Shown here: piece by piece, positions 1 through 22,872 of the stretch
How positions within the stretch are numbered: position 1 is the first letter of the stretch
How the letters are laid out: each line of letters opens with the position of its first letter
NCBI RefSeq assembly: GCF_009914755.1
Contig: NC_060937.1
DNA: 64,000 nucleotides
From: the human T2T-CHM13v2.0 reference genome, Homo sapiens
Direction: 5' to 3' (one strand)
The notes under the pieces: model-generated
What the model was told of the DNA's origin: nothing
Database searches by the model: none
What the model saw: only the letters and a program-made list of their open reading frames with translations
Translations under genes and position numbers: made by a program

Positions 1-130
1 GTAAGTATGTGAGATAATGCATATTTTAATTAGCTCAACTGAGCCATTCCACAATGTATACGTTTCAAATCATGTTGTACACGATAACCAGATATAATTT
101 TATTTATCAATTTAAAGTAAAATAAAAGAA
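1..130 (+). mobile_element. L1MA-type 3' end
   Basis: gtaagtatgtgag...gccattccacaatgtata...tcaatttaaa resembles the L1MA 3'UTR terminus. Confidence 0.65.
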
Positions 131-223
131 AACTGATGTAATATTTCCAATAAAGACGACCTTTTTTATGAGCTTTTTAAATAAATAGATAAATAGATGA
201 TGGTAGATATTAAATTAATATGA

Positions 224-538
<315 letters not shown>

Positions 539-1012
539 CACTAGATACATTTTAAGAAAATATATAATCATTTAATTTTTCAGCAAAAGCAATACATTTT
601 ACAATATATAGAAAGTTAATTCTTTACAACTACTAATGATAAAATTTAGAAGTCCATTTAAAAATGGTAAGAATTGTCACTATTAATGCCATGGAAATTA
701 AAAGGACAATAAAGGAATGTTATGAAAAATTTTATGCCCACAAACTTGATAACTTAGATGAAATGTACCAATTCCTTAAAGACACAAACTATCATATTTC
801 ACAAAGGAGAAACAGATAATCTGAATACATTTATATCTATAAGATAAATTGAATAAATAATTAATAACCTTCTACAACGAAAGCACTAGGCCCAGATGGT
901 GAATTCTACCAAACATGTCAGGAAGAAATGATATTAATTCTCCACAATCTCTTCCAGAAAAACTGAAGCAGAGAGAACACTTCCTAACTCATTCTAAAAA
1001 GTCAACATTACC

Positions 1013-1260
1013 TTAAGGAGGAATAAGTTCTAGTATTCTCTAACACTGTAGGATGACTATAGTTAACAATAATATATAGTTTAAAATAGCTAGAAGGAGG
1101 ATATTGAAGGTTCCCAATACAAGGAAATGATCTTTGAGATAATGGAATGCTAATTACCCTGATCTGATCATTATATATTATATGTATTGCAACTTCAATA
1201 TGTAGCCCATAAATATGTATAATTATTATTGTCAATAAAAAAAATTTAATGAAAAAAATA
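1013..1260 (+). mobile_element. Nested L1MA 3' end fragment
   Basis: ggaataagttctag...gctaattaccctgatctgatcatta...caataaaaaaa, inside the ORF2 of the older L1. Confidence 0.7.
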
Positions 1261-2261
1261 TATTACCAGAAAGGAATACAGATTACCAGATACAGACCAG
1301 TATCTCTCATGAACACAGATGCAAAAATCCTCAATAAAACATTAGTAAATTGAATTCGACAATGTATAAAAAGGATTATAAACCATGGCCAAGTGGGACT
1401 TCTTCCTCCAGATATGCAAGGCTGGTTCAACATTCAAAACTCAATCAATGTAATTTACCATATTAACAGACTAAAGAAGAAAAATCATAAGATTTTATTA
1501 ATTGATGGATAAAAGTCATTTGACAAAACCCAACACTCACTTATGATTTTTAAAACTCTCAGCAAACTGGGAACAGAGAGAAACTACCTCAACTTGATAA
1601 ATAAAAAAAAACCCTCAAAAATCCTGCAGCTATTATATTTAATGATGAAAAACTAGACACTTTCCTCTAAGTACCTTGGGAACAAGGTAAGGGTGTCCTT
1701 TCTCATTACTCATAATCAGCATTGTACTAGAAGACTTAGCTAGTGCAATAAGACAGGCAAAGGAAAGAAAAGGTATGTAGAATATGAAGGAGGAAATAAA
1801 ACTGTCTTTGTTCACAGATGACATAATTGTCTATACAGAAAATCCCAAAGAATCACTAAAAATCTCTTAGGACTAACAAGCTAATATAGCAAGTTTGCAG
1901 ACTTACTATAGAACAGTCCATTGTTTTTCTATACCAGCAATTAAAAAATCATAATTTGAAGTTGAAAAAAACAATATAATTTACAATAGCACTAAAAAAA
2001 AGAAAATTTATGTATAACTCTGACAAAATATGTACATAGTCTATATGCAGAAAACTATAAAACTGTGATGAAAGAAATCAAAGAGAAAAATAAATGGAGA
2101 GATTCCATGTTCACAGATTGGAAGACTCAATATTGTTAAGATGTCAATTCTTCCAAACATGATCTATAGATTTAATGCAATCCCAATCAAAAATTCCCAG
2201 TAAGCTACTTTGTAGATGTTGACATAATGATTCCAAAGTTTATATGGAAAGGCAAAGACCT

Positions 2262-2584
<323 letters not shown>

Positions 2585-3055
2585 CTAGAAGGAAGACTAA
2601 TTGGGAAAACTCACACAACCTGATTTCAACATTACTTTAAAGCTACAGTAATGAAGACAGCATGGTATTGGCAAAAGAGCAGAAACATAGATCAATAGAA
2701 CAGAATAGAGAGCCCAGAAATAGATTAACACAAACATAACCAACTGATCTTTGACAAAGGAGCAAAGGCAGTTCAGTAGAGAAAGGATAGTCTTTTTGCC
2801 AAATGGTGCTGGAAAAAAATGAACATCCATATGCAAAAACATGGACCTAGATCTAATACCTTTCATGAAAATTAACTCAAAATCAATTAGAGACCTGTAT
2901 CTAAAATGAAACTAAAAAAAATCTAGAAGGAAACATAGAAATAGTCTAGGTGATCTTGATTTTGGCAATGAGTTTTTAGATACAACACTAAAAGCATGAT
3001 CCATGGGGAAAAAATAATAAATTAGACATTTTTAAAGTTAAAAACTTCTGTTCTA

Positions 3056-3409
<354 letters not shown>

Positions 3410-3827
3410 CTAGGAAAAAATATTTGTAAAACACATATCTGATAACAGTCTTACATGCAAACATACAAAGAACTCTAAAAACTGAACAATAAGAAAATAA
3501 ACAGCCCAATTTTTAAAATGGCAAAAAATCTGAACAGACTCCCCACTAAAGTAAATATATACATGAAAAATAAGCAAGTGAAAACATTATAAACATCATT
3601 TGTCATAAGGGCATTGGAAATTAAAACGAGATACTACTACATACTTATTAGAATAGCTAAAATTAGAAAAAAAACTGAACTAATTGTTGATGAGCATGTG
3701 AGCAATAGGCACTCTCATTCATTGCTGCTAGGAATGCAAAATGGAACAGACACTTTCAAAGATAGTTGGGCAAGTTCTTAAAAATCCAAACATAGTCTCA
3801 CCCAACAATCCAGCAACTGCACTTCTA

Positions 3828-4147
<320 letters not shown>

Positions 4148-4420
4148 GACAACTTATATCCACACAAAAATGTGCATGTGAATGTTTATAGCAGCTTTAT
4201 TCATAATCACCATAAACTGGAAGCATCCAGTATGTCTTTGAATAGTGAGTGCATAAACAAACTTTTGCATATCCATGCAATGGAATATTATTCAGCGCTG
4301 AAAAGAAATGAGATATCAAGCTACAAAAAGACATGGACAAATCTTAAGTGCATATTGTCAAGTGAAAGAAGCTAGTTTGGAAAAGGCAAATCTATAAATG
4401 CAATAAAAAGATTAGTGGTT

Positions 4421-4736
<316 letters not shown>

Positions 4737-6213
4737 TCAGTGGTTTCCAGAGGTTTAGTGTAGGAAAGGAGGGATTAATAGGTGTTGCACAGGAGATTTT
4801 TTTTTAGAGTGGTGAAACTACTCTGTATGACACTGTAATTGTGGATACATGACCTCATTTATCAAGACCCACTGAACTTAACAGCACAAAGAATAAGCCT
4901 TAAGGTATGAAATTTTTAAAATATCATTTAGGAGCCTGGGGAATTCTTGGATGGAATGCAGTAAGTGACAAAAGAATCTAACTGTATTAAAAATGCATCA
5001 AATGACCTCACTGAAGTAGATGTGGGAAAAAGTTGTTGTCCTAAAAAACTTTGGAAATGAGTGGAATCTGTAAGACTAACAGCAAAGAAACTACACATAA
5101 GCACTGTATTCTGGCTGATAAAGTTGCTTCCCACATGCATGCTGGTTAACAATTCTGATAGTGCTATGCATGTATACTGGAAATGAATAAGCAAATGGAT
5201 GGCTGGTGTAGTGGGAGATTACAGACAAGCAACAGGAGGATGCTGGAATGATCTGTGTGTGTGGTAATGGCTAGAGTTGGAGAGGTGTGTATGAATCCAT
5301 GTTTAGCTTAAAATGAACACGTGGTTACATAAAGAATTATTTAATAGATGTTCTTATATACACTGGTTAGTGTACACATGTATTTCCTTGCTTTGTCAGC
5401 TGAGAAAAGTAATAACACACCAGAATCAGTAAGCACACCTATTGCCTAGGTATTGGTTTCTAATACCATTCTCCAATAAATAGAACCAGTGTTTCTTAGA
5501 AAAATGGCTGATTGTAGAACTGGAGCAGGAAATAGATGAGATGAACCTGGACATTTTATAGTGCCATTGAGTAAGGAAGCGCTTTTAAAAAAATGACTGG
5601 GGTATGTCAAAGGGACATAGAAGCCAAGTGAAAGAGCTCCCAACAGCCAAAGCTGAAATAATTTGAGCAACAAAATAAATAAAATAGTACTGATTATAAT
5701 CCAAAGTATAAAAGAAATATCTATCAGTCCATTCTAATATAGATAAATGACTAAATGAATAAATGGAGAGAAGAGAGAAATCTCCTATGCAGAATAATTT
5801 AATAATAACTTATGTAGATATTCCACCCTTAAAGACATGGAGCATCACTCTCCACTCCTTATGTGTGGACTGTACAGAGTGACCTCCTTCTAAAGAACAC
5901 AGTATAGAAAACAGGGGGGGTAGGAAGAGTAGCTTTACTGTGGAAAAGCCTGACAAACACTATCTCAGTTAGGTCACCAAGGTCAAAATCAACAGTGATA
6001 ATTCCTGTTGCTAGTACATACCCTTGATATGATGTGATGAGAATGGCACTTCTGTGGTTTTCCTCTCCAAACCCATAATCCCATAATCCCAGTCTAAACA
6101 TGAGAAAAACATCAGACAACTCCCAAGTGAATAACATTTTACAACCTTACTCGTACTCTTCAAAGCTGTCAACGTCTTAAAAACAAAGAAAGTCTGAGAA
6201 ACTGTCGCGGTCA

Positions 6214-6567
<354 letters not shown>

Positions 6568-6958
6568 TCATATGATATGCTGAATGGGATCCTGGAACAG
6601 AAAATGTACTTTAGGTAAAAACTAACAAAATCTGAATAAAGTTTGGACTTCAGCTAATGATACTAATAGTATACCAATATTAGTTCACTAATTATAACAA
6701 ATGTGCTACGCGAATGTAAGGTGTTAATAACAGGGAAAACAGGGTGTGGGGTATATGGAAGCTCTCTGTACTGTCTTCTCAACTTTGCACTAGAGGTTCT
6801 AACCAGTGTAATGAGGCAAAGAGATAGAGAAGGAGGGAGGAGGAGAGAAGGGCAGCCGAGAAGGGTACAGAAGGAAAGAAATTAAAGGCATGTACGCTGG
6901 GGAGGAAGAGGTAAAACTGTTTTTTATAGTCAATACAGCCTGTATAGAATTCTAAGGA

Positions 6959-6960
<2 letters not shown>

Positions 6961-7006
<46 letters not shown>
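6961..7006. repeat. (CA)n microsatellite
   Basis: About 23 perfect AC units. Confidence 0.98.
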
Positions 7007-7008
<2 letters not shown>

Positions 7009-7871
7009 CTACTAGATTTAATAAACAAGTTCACCAAGGTCACAGAATATGATCAATATACAAAAGTCAGTTGTATTTCTACATACTAGGAACCATCTGA
7101 AAATAAAACTAAAAAAACTGTTATATTCACACTAGCATGAAAAATGAATAAAATAGGAATAAATTTAGCAAGAAAGTTCAAGATGTGTACACTAAAACTA
7201 TGAAATATTGCTGAGAGAAATCAAAGAAGGTCTAAATAAATGGAGAGGCATTACATGCTCATGGATAGGAAGACTCAATATTGTTAAGATGGCAACACTA
7301 CCTAGTCATCTCAGATTCAATGCAAACCCTAGCAGAAATCCCAGCAGACACTTTTGCAGAAATTGTCAAGCTGATTTTAAAACTTATATGGAAATGCAAA
7401 GGATCTGGAGTACCCAAAACAACACTGAAAAATAACAAAGTTGAAGACTTACATCTCCCATTTTCAAAACTTATTATGAAACTGTAGTAACCAAGATAGG
7501 TTGGTGTAAAAATAGGACTAAACATGAATGAAGGTAAATTAAGAGTCAAGAAATCCTATGCTCATGTTCAATTAATTTTCAACAAAAACACCAAGGCAAT
7601 TCCATTGGAAAAAGATGGCCTTTTCAGCAAATGGTGCTGGGTGCTTTTGGGGGCAATGGAAATGTTCAAAATCTAATTCTGGTGATGGTTGTACCACTCT
7701 ATTAAGTTTATTAATAGTTATTTAACTTAAACTTAAAATGAGGGAATTTATGATGTATAAATTATGCCACAATAAAGCTGTTAAACAAAAAAGGCACTTC
7801 CTAAAAGTTGAAAGTGAACCAAAGCAAACACTGAAACATTTATCTTTAATGATCTAAAACTCAGCGTTGTT

Positions 7872-8010
7872 GCTGGGCATGGTGGCACGTGCCTGTAGTC
7901 TCAGCTACTTCAGGCTGAGGCAGGAAGATCCCTTAAGCCCAGGAGTTTAAGTCCAGCCTGGGCAACAGTGAGACCCCCCATGTCTAAATTTAAAAAACAA
8001 ACACAAAAAA
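7872..8010 (+). mobile_element. Alu monomer (FLAM-like)
   Basis: Single Alu arm with A-rich tail. Confidence 0.85.
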
Positions 8011-8905
8011 CTTTCTGTACACTCCCTAGTAGAAGATCCTGGGAAACAACAACAACAACAACAAAAACCTTTAAAAAGCTTAAACTGTTTTCAGTAAGCA
8101 TATTGTTTGTAGTAGTACCGGTATAGTTTTTCTAAGACTTCTGTGTGTGCTGATCAAGTAAATAAGTGATCATATTGGTGTGGTTGAAAATGAGAACACT
8201 CAAAGTGGAGGACTAGGGTACAAATGTAAGATCAACTGGGCTAAATAAAAACTTATGGTCCTGAATTGGAATCGAAAGTAACAGTATAAACAACTGATGT
8301 ATTTTATCTTAAACATTTTTTCAACTTTGTCTACTAAAAGTCCTAGTGAAAAATGACCTACCCAGTATTTATGAGCCCCCTAGCACCCAAACTGTGGTCT
8401 CTAATACGATTTTCCACTGAAAAGAACCAATGCTTCTTGAAGAAGTGATCGATTCTAGATCTGTGATACAAAATGTACCAGATAAGTCATGAAATGTTTG
8501 TCTAACCACAAAGAAAAGAAACTACCAAAAACTACTAGCGTCATGTCCAAAAGAACTGAGGTGCCACCAACTTGACTAGATTCCCACTGGTCAAAGATGG
8601 AACAACTAAGTAAGCATCAAAAAGAATAATAACCGCAATCGACTGAAACACTTTCAGTATGCTTAAATCTCCGGCTTTATAATGACACTAAAAAACAAAA
8701 CAAAACCCACTGGTTGCCTTGGAACGATGCTGGGAAATCAACTCATTATTTTGAAAAATGGTAGAATTAAACATTCATCTTGCCTTACATATTCAAATTA
8801 AATGTTAGAATAACTGAATGGTTTAAAAGGAGAAGTTTATCTTTAGAGAAATGATCCAGGTAATAAAGCAAGAAGGAAAGGTGAAATTAGAAAATCACCA
8901 TTTTG

Positions 8906-9212
<307 letters not shown>

Positions 9213-9690
9213 TCACCATTTTACAATTTTACAACCCTAATGAAATAATGAATTTGTGCAATAATTATCAAAGACTGCTAACATCCAGAAGAGAGAAATA
9301 ATCACACAACATGGCATCCTATCTGAAGTACACAACACCCTCTATGATGTATGTGCTAAAAAAAAATTTAACCTCAATCTGATCGAGCCTCCAAACCCAA
9401 TTTACAGGAAATAAGGGGCAGAGGGACATGTTAAATAGCACTACAATGATGCAGTTGACAAAATCTAGACTTTTGGAAATTCTAAAGACAAAGACACATT
9501 TCTACACTGAAAAAAAAGCGTGGAAAAATGAGAGGGCAAACCAATAGATTAAAAGAGACTGAAAAGACAACCAATCACAGCCCACGAGCCCTAATAAAAT
9601 TCTGATGCAAACAAACCATTTAAAATACATAAATGCTCTAAACCTGGATTGTGGCGATGTTTGCACAACTGTTTAAATTTACTAACAATA

Positions 9691-9980
<290 letters not shown>

Positions 9981-10328
9981 ATTACTAACAATCAAACGGT
10001 ATATTTACAATGGGTGAAGTTTACAGCTTGTAAATTATACCTCAATAAAACTGTGTCAGGCTATCAGGGAAATATGAAGACTAATGAACAATAAGGAATT
10101 ATTGTTGATTTTTAAGGCATTATCATATTGTGGTTTTTTTTAAAATACTTCTTATCTTTTAAAGACAAATACTGAAGTATTTACAAATATTTGCAGATAA
10201 TTCAAAGCATTTGTTTCCAAACATTCTGGTGTGGAGGCGATGGGGACAAAAGGTAATGAGCACACAGGCATTATTACACTATTCTACATTTGTGCACATT
10301 CGAAATGTTCCCTAATAAAAAGTGGAGC

Positions 10329-10592
10329 GGCTGGGCGCGGTGGCTCACAGCTGTAATTCCAGCACTTTGGGAGGCCAAGGCATGCAGAACATCTGAGGTC
10401 AGGAGTTCAAGACCAGCCTGGCCAACACGGTGAAACCCTGTCTCTAATAAAAATACAAAAATTAGCCAGGCGTGGTGGCACGGCCTGTGGTCCCAGCTAC
10501 TCGGGAGGCTGAGGCAGAAGAATTGCTTCGCCGCACTGCAGCCTGGGTGACAGAGCAAAACTCCTTCTCAAAAATAAAAAAATAAATAAATA
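10329..10592 (+). mobile_element. Alu with right-arm internal deletion
   Basis: gaattgcttc joins directly to gccgcactgcagcc. Confidence 0.93.
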
Positions 10593-11081
10593 ATAGTAGA
10601 GCATTAAAAGACAATTTGAAAACAAGAAAAGAGAAACAGTAAGGAAGAGAGAAAGGCTTTTAATTAATTACTTTGCTCTCTCTTAATTATTTAGCTCTCA
10701 GCTTTCTACCTTTGCTATTAACACAATTGATGTGTGGAAATAGATGGCATATAAATAATAATAAATAAATTTTTATAATAATATAAAAACCAAATAACCA
10801 TAACTTACGTCCCGCGTCTTCAAACCCATACAGAGCGTGGAACTGCTGCCTCCCATCCCTGGGATGTTGCAAAGGAAATGGAAACCAACCACCAACACAA
10901 GGATATGACCCACACATGGGAGAGGACGTGCTGAGCAGGGATCTGGAGGTGTTTTAGTCATGGTTTGTGACCACTGTGGTGCTGCACACAGCCTGTGCCT
11001 TGGCATCCCACCACCATTTATAACAGTCAACCCAGTGAAATCAGATCCATTAAACAGCTTATTTTTAAAGAAAATACTTTA

Positions 11082-11398
<317 letters not shown>

Positions 11399-11649
11399 TG
11401 GTTGCATGAACATCAAAGCTTACATATTCACGAGTAATGTTATTTAAGTTTACACTAAAAATGGGTGAATTTATGATATGTAAATTATACTTCAATAAAG
11501 CTGTTAAACAAAAAAGGCACTTCCTAAAAATTGAAAGTGACACCTGTCAGGTGAGTAACAGGTTTTTTCATATCTGAGTGTGGATATCAGTCGCTTGCTC
11601 TGGACACAGAGCCAAAGAAAATGCTGAACACATTCTCTGGATTTATCTG

Positions 11650-11840
11650 AGTGACGCAACATAGCATGGTGGTAAAGAACGTGGCCTTCGGGGTTGGACA
11701 GATGGGCTGTGTTCAGCAAGCTTAAGTAAATGCTTAACCTTTCCAATCCCAGACTCCTCTTCAGGAAAACAGGAATAAAAACACCTTCCTTGCAGGACAG
11801 ATGCAGGGATTAAATGAGGTAATGCAGTAAAGTTTGGCAT
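11650..11840 (+). mobile_element. MIR
   Basis: atagcatggtggtaaagaac...gggattaaatgaggtaatgca resembles the MIR core. Confidence 0.6.
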
Positions 11841-11958
11841 CTAAGATTTCAACCCAAACCAGTGGCTATGATGGCTTCTAACACCAAGGCTTGCACAAGG
11901 AGACTGAACAAAAGGGGGACTTGCAGTGTGTTTCACTGGCCAAAAAAAATTAAAAATA

Positions 11959-12990
<1,032 letters not shown>

Positions 12991-13246
12991 CCAACTTTCC
13001 ATGAAGGCCTTAGCCCTATTGCATCCCATGGGACCAAGTAAAAACCTTAGGCTCCCAGAAGATCAAGGGGATGTTTATCTGGCATCTAGGGATCAACTTC
13101 TGGAAGAAAAAAATACAGCAATATATCTAAATCCATTTCTTCAGGAAATTAATGAATGGAAGGGCTGCTCTTAGCAGAGTCGCCAGAACTGAATATGCAG
13201 AGGGCTTAAGGGTTCCTTTTCTAAGTAAGAGCTGTCTCACTGCTTC

Positions 13247-13580
13247 CTTTTTTTATTTTATTTTTTTTTTTATTTTTTATTTTTGTGAGACAGGGTCTTG
13301 CTTTGCCACCCAGGCCGGAGTGCAGTGGCACAATCATGGCTCACTGTATCCTGGACCTCCTGGGCTCACACAATCCTCCTTCCTCAGCTCCCAAGTAGCT
13401 AAGACTACAGGCACGTGCCCCCACACCTGGCTCTTTTTTTTTTTCTTTCTTTCTTTCTTTTTTTTTTTTTTTTTTTTTGTAGAGAGGGGGTTTCGCTATG
13501 TTTCCCAGGCTGGTCTCTAATTCCTGACCTCAAGTGATCCGCCCACCTTGGCCTCCCAAAGCGCTGGGGTTACAGGCGTG
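13247..13580 (-). mobile_element. Alu (AluJ-like)
   Basis: Reverse Alu with expanded central T tract. Confidence 0.9.
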
Positions 13581-14776
13581 AGGTTACAGGCCAAGCCCTT
13601 AAATTATTCAAAGCTAAAGTTCTACTCCCAAGACCCCAAGGTTAACCGAAGTCCAGAAGTCCTCTGGTACCTGAAATACCTCACAGCTGCTAGGCTTTAT
13701 GGCTGTTGTCAGACTGTTCAAACACAAACAGAGCCAAATATCCTGCCAGCCAGCACGGACCTGCTCCCAAGAATCATGTGTTATGGTTTCCATCACACCC
13801 AGCCATCAAGTCCTGTTTGAGCTTGTCATCCCTGCAAGCCATGTGACTGCTGGCACCTACCTGGGTCACATTTGCCTCTTCCCTTGGGACACAGCTTTTT
13901 GCAAAAAGGCCATAGCCACTTGCTAGGATGAGTCAGAAGTTCCTCAAATCTCCTGACACAACTCAGGGGCAAAGAGAAAGGGACAGCAAACAGGCCCAGC
14001 AGGGGCTGTCTAGCCATGACATAAGAAGCCAGCACATATCTTTAGAGGAGCGTTCAGCTCCGAATCCCAACCTGCTTCACAAACACCTGGGGCAAACTCC
14101 AGAGATGGCATTTCCACTGGCAATGACAGGAATCGGGCCAAACACCACACATCCCCCTGGACACTCTTGACGTTCAATACATTCACAGAAGCTTCCTTGA
14201 CCACTCCTGGGCCCTGTGACCCTATCAGGCCAAGGAGCTGGTTCACAGAAAGTGAAAGATTCTGACAAGCAGAGTATTTTCCCTCTGAGCAGGTGTGGTT
14301 CCTCACTGAAACAGGAATCCTCTTTATTCCACAAGCGAGACACAGAACAAACAGTGCCCCAGGCCGGAGAACTGAGGCCAGACCTGCTTCCCAGGTGACC
14401 CCGGTGTCCACAAAATAAATGCCCCTGTAGGATGGGGATCATCCGCCTGCCTCTTTGCACACACTAGTCTCCTGGCCATTCTCCTGCGAAGGCCTCAACC
14501 TCCCAAAGCCCTTTAAAAGATAACATTTTTTCCATCCCCTTTTAATTATCTTGAGCCAATGGGGACAGGTTCAGACTCTGTCCCTGATTACTTTGATGGG
14601 TAAATCCCCTGCTGCTCGGCTGAGGAGGGCTCTCAGTAACCTCAGTCCAGCCATCCAGCTCCCCACAGCCCCGCCGCCAGGAAGAGCCTGGCTCCACAAC
14701 CCCGTGCCAGGCCCTTGACTTCCAGCCAAGCGTACCCACTCACTCTTTTCCTGTGCTTTCCTGATTTTTAAAAGAG

Positions 14777-16690
<1,914 letters not shown>

Positions 16691-16742
16691 ATTTCCCTCT
16701 TATGCAATAGAAGAAAAGTAACGGGTAACTATTGTGTATAAA

Positions 16743-16872
16743 CAGGGTGTCCACGTGATTTGTCATTCAAACCAGGACACTTTTGAAAGTGAAAGAGGGT
16801 ACTGTTAATAACTACAGTATGGCAACAAGCGTAAGTTTGTCCTGGGAAAACTGGGATGCACAGTCACTCTAT
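16743..16872 (+). mobile_element. MER81-like hAT-Blackjack MITE
   Basis: cagggtgtccac...caaaccaggacacttttgaaagtgaaagaggg...gtcactcta with degenerate TIRs. Confidence 0.65.
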
Positions 16873-18166
16873 GTGTAAAATTGACTCTCCAGCTCAAAAC
16901 AACAGAGACGGGTCAACATTTACTGAAAGTATCTGTATCTTCGAGAAAATCAACAGCAATCTTTGGTGGGGTTTTGAGGGGAAACAGATCATCTTATAGC
17001 TGAGTTAAATGTGCAAAGGAATAGAAACTGCTGGCTTGTGGAAGATAATTGTGAAAGAGAATCAAGGGCTAGGAAGCAGAAGCCATAAGCAGCCTAATAT
17101 ACAAGAAATAATCCCCCTCGTCCAATCAAGAGAGAATGCAAACCTGCCTATGAACCAGCTGAAAAGTATCTGTTCCTGCGAAAGGGACTAGTATGTCGCA
17201 TAAACTCATTAGTCTTTCAAACCCTAAACACTTTCTTCTCTCATATCAAGGCCAATTTTGAGTATTCTGTTTAATAATTTCCTTCACACATCTAGTCACT
17301 TAGATCATTTCCTTTTAGAAGACACTAAGCCACGAAGAAGGTAAAATGGGGAATCTCACCAGGGAGGGCGTGTTCCCTCTGATGGTGTTCTCCTATATTT
17401 ATTTGGAAAAGGTTTCAGACCCCAGCATCTGCCCAAGCTGTCTCCAGTTGGTCTATAGTGGGAAACACCTCTTTGGCACAAAGTCATGACCCAGTATTAT
17501 TTTTTCCCATTCTACTGAGGAGGAAACGGAGCCTTTGTGAGGGGCAAAGGATCTGTTTAAATTCCTGACTTGACAGAGTAAGCGGCCAGAGTAGGGATGA
17601 CTCATGCTGTAGCTATGGGCCTCCTCTTTCAACTTTAATGGGAATAGTCAACATCCTATTATTTGAATGTTTATCCTGGGTTCATATTATTTCACACAGC
17701 GAAAGGCATTTAATGGTAGAAATATTTTCAAACCTAAAAAGTTAAAGGAGAGGAAAATCTTCCACATATCCATACTGGAGACAATGGCGTGGAAGAAACC
17801 CGTACGGAAGATCAGAGATTGTTTGATAAATCTGTCACCTTATGTGGAAAGCCATAGTGTCTATGAATAATAATTTCCAGCTCAGAGGATCTGATGAGTG
17901 CTTCAGTTAGACCCTGCCCCCAGAGTGCTCAGAACATAATGATTATTTTTCTTGTTGTTGTAAATATTAATAAGCAACAACTGTAGCCTAACACTGTGCG
18001 GAAAACTTAAAAACTAGTGATACAAAGCAGATAAATAACTCTAGAAATTATTCCGGGCATTCCTGGAGCTATTCAAGATAGAGGATAGGGCATCCAAATA
18101 GTCATTTCAAGGAATTATAACCACAAGAGTTTTCAGCTAATGAATTTAGAAGAAATGGTAGAACTG

Positions 18167-19499
<1,333 letters not shown>

Positions 19500-19699
19500 C
19501 TAATTTGTATTAACAAATCATAAGAAAAACCTAAAAAGTAAGTGAGAAAATGTGAACATTGTGCTAACTGGGTATTTGATAATATTAAGAAATTTTATTC
19601 TTTATGTATTATGCTGCGTTTTGTGGTTATGCTTTTCTTGTTGTTGCTTTTTTTAGTTTCTGTGCACATATATAAACACAATGTCATTAGAAGAAAACA

Positions 19700-21011
<1,312 letters not shown>

Positions 21012-21029
21012 TTATTGAGGATGAGGATA

Positions 21030-22346
21030 CAGTCACGTACTGCATAACGTTTTGGTCAGAGATGGACCACACATGACAGTGATCTTACAAGATAATAGAG
21101 CTGAACATTGTCTATCACCTGGTAACATGGTAGCTGTTGTACTGCCCTAGAGCAATGCATACTTGTGTGTTTGTGGTGATGCTTGTATGAACCAACCTAC
21201 CGCACTGCCAGTCATACAAAAGTACAGCACATACAATTATGTACAATACATAATCCTTGATAATGATAATAAATGACCATGTTACTGTTTTTTATGGTTT
21301 AGAGTGTACTCCTTCTACATATATATATATTTTAAATGTTAACTGTAAGACAGCCTCAGGCAGGTCCTGCAGGAGGTATCCAGAAGAAGGCCTTGTTATC
21401 ATAATAGGAGATGACAGCTCTATGCATGTAATTGCCCCTGCAGACCTTCCAGTGGGACAAGATGTGGAGACGAAAGACAGTGATATTGATGATCCTGACC
21501 CTGTGAAGGCCTAGGCTAATGTGTGTGTTTGTGTCTTCGTTTTTAACAAAAACATTTAAAAAGTAAAAATATAGGCCAGGTACAGTGGCTCACACTTGTA
21601 ATCCCAACACCTTAGGAGGCCAAGACAGGAGGATTGCTTGAGGCCAGGAGTTCAAGACCAACTTGGGTAATGTAGTGAGAACTTGTCTCCACCCAAAAAA
21701 AAAGTAAAAAAATTAAACAATTTAAGAATAGAAAAAACCTTATAGAATAAGGATACAAAGAAAGTATTTTAGACAGCTATACAATGTATGCATTAAGTGT
21801 TGTTAAAAGAGTCAAAAAGCCAAAAAAAATTTCAAGTTAATAAAGGTACAGTAAGCTAAGGTTAATTTATTATTGAAGAGGGAAACTATCTGGTACAAAC
21901 GTAGCGTAGCCTAAGTGCACAGCATCTATCAAGTCTCCAGAAGTATACAGTAATATCCCGGGCCTTCACATTCACTCACCACTCACTCACTCACTCACCA
22001 GAGCAACTGCCGGTCCTGCAAGCTCCATGCATGTTAAGTGCCCTATAGAGGTGTACCATTTTTGTCTTTTATACCATATTTTTACTGTACCTTTTCTATG
22101 CTGTGTTTAGATATGTTTAGATAACAAATACCACTGTGCTATAGTTGCCTACAGTATTCAGTACAGTAATATGCTGTACAGGTGTGTAGCCTAGGAGCCA
22201 CAGGCTGTACCATTATACCCCAGGTGTGTAGTAGGCTATACCATCTAGATTTGTCCAAGTGCACTCTACGATGTCCACGTAACAACAGAATTGCTTAACC
22301 ATACATTTCTCAGAACACATCCCTGTTGTTAAGCGACGCTTGACTG
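21030..22346 (+). mobile_element. Tigger3/Golem (Tigger3b-like) DNA transposon with a nested Alu monomer (21574-21703)
   Basis: Termini TA|cagtcacgtactgcataacg and gttaagcgacgcttgactg form degenerate TIRs matching Tigger3. Confidence 0.85.
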
Positions 22347-22402
22347 TGTATGAAGCAAGTTTAGCCATGAGCTGATAATTATTCAACCCAAGTAAGGAGA
22401 AC

Positions 22403-22681
<279 letters not shown>

Positions 22682-22756
22682 TCATGGGGCTTTATTATAT
22701 TTTTAATTCTTTCTACCTTTTTTTTATGTTTCAAATTTTCCATGATAAAGAATAAG

Positions 22757-22872
22757 TGAGAGACAGAGAGAGAGTAGGGAGTTGGAAGGATTGAGGGAGG
22801 AAGAGAGGAAGGAAGGGAGAAAGGGAGGGAAGGAAGGGGGGAGAGGAGAGAGAGAAGGCAAGGGAAGGGGGT
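22757..22872. repeat. GA-rich polypurine low-complexity tract
   Basis: Almost pure A/G over ~80-110 nt. Confidence 0.9.
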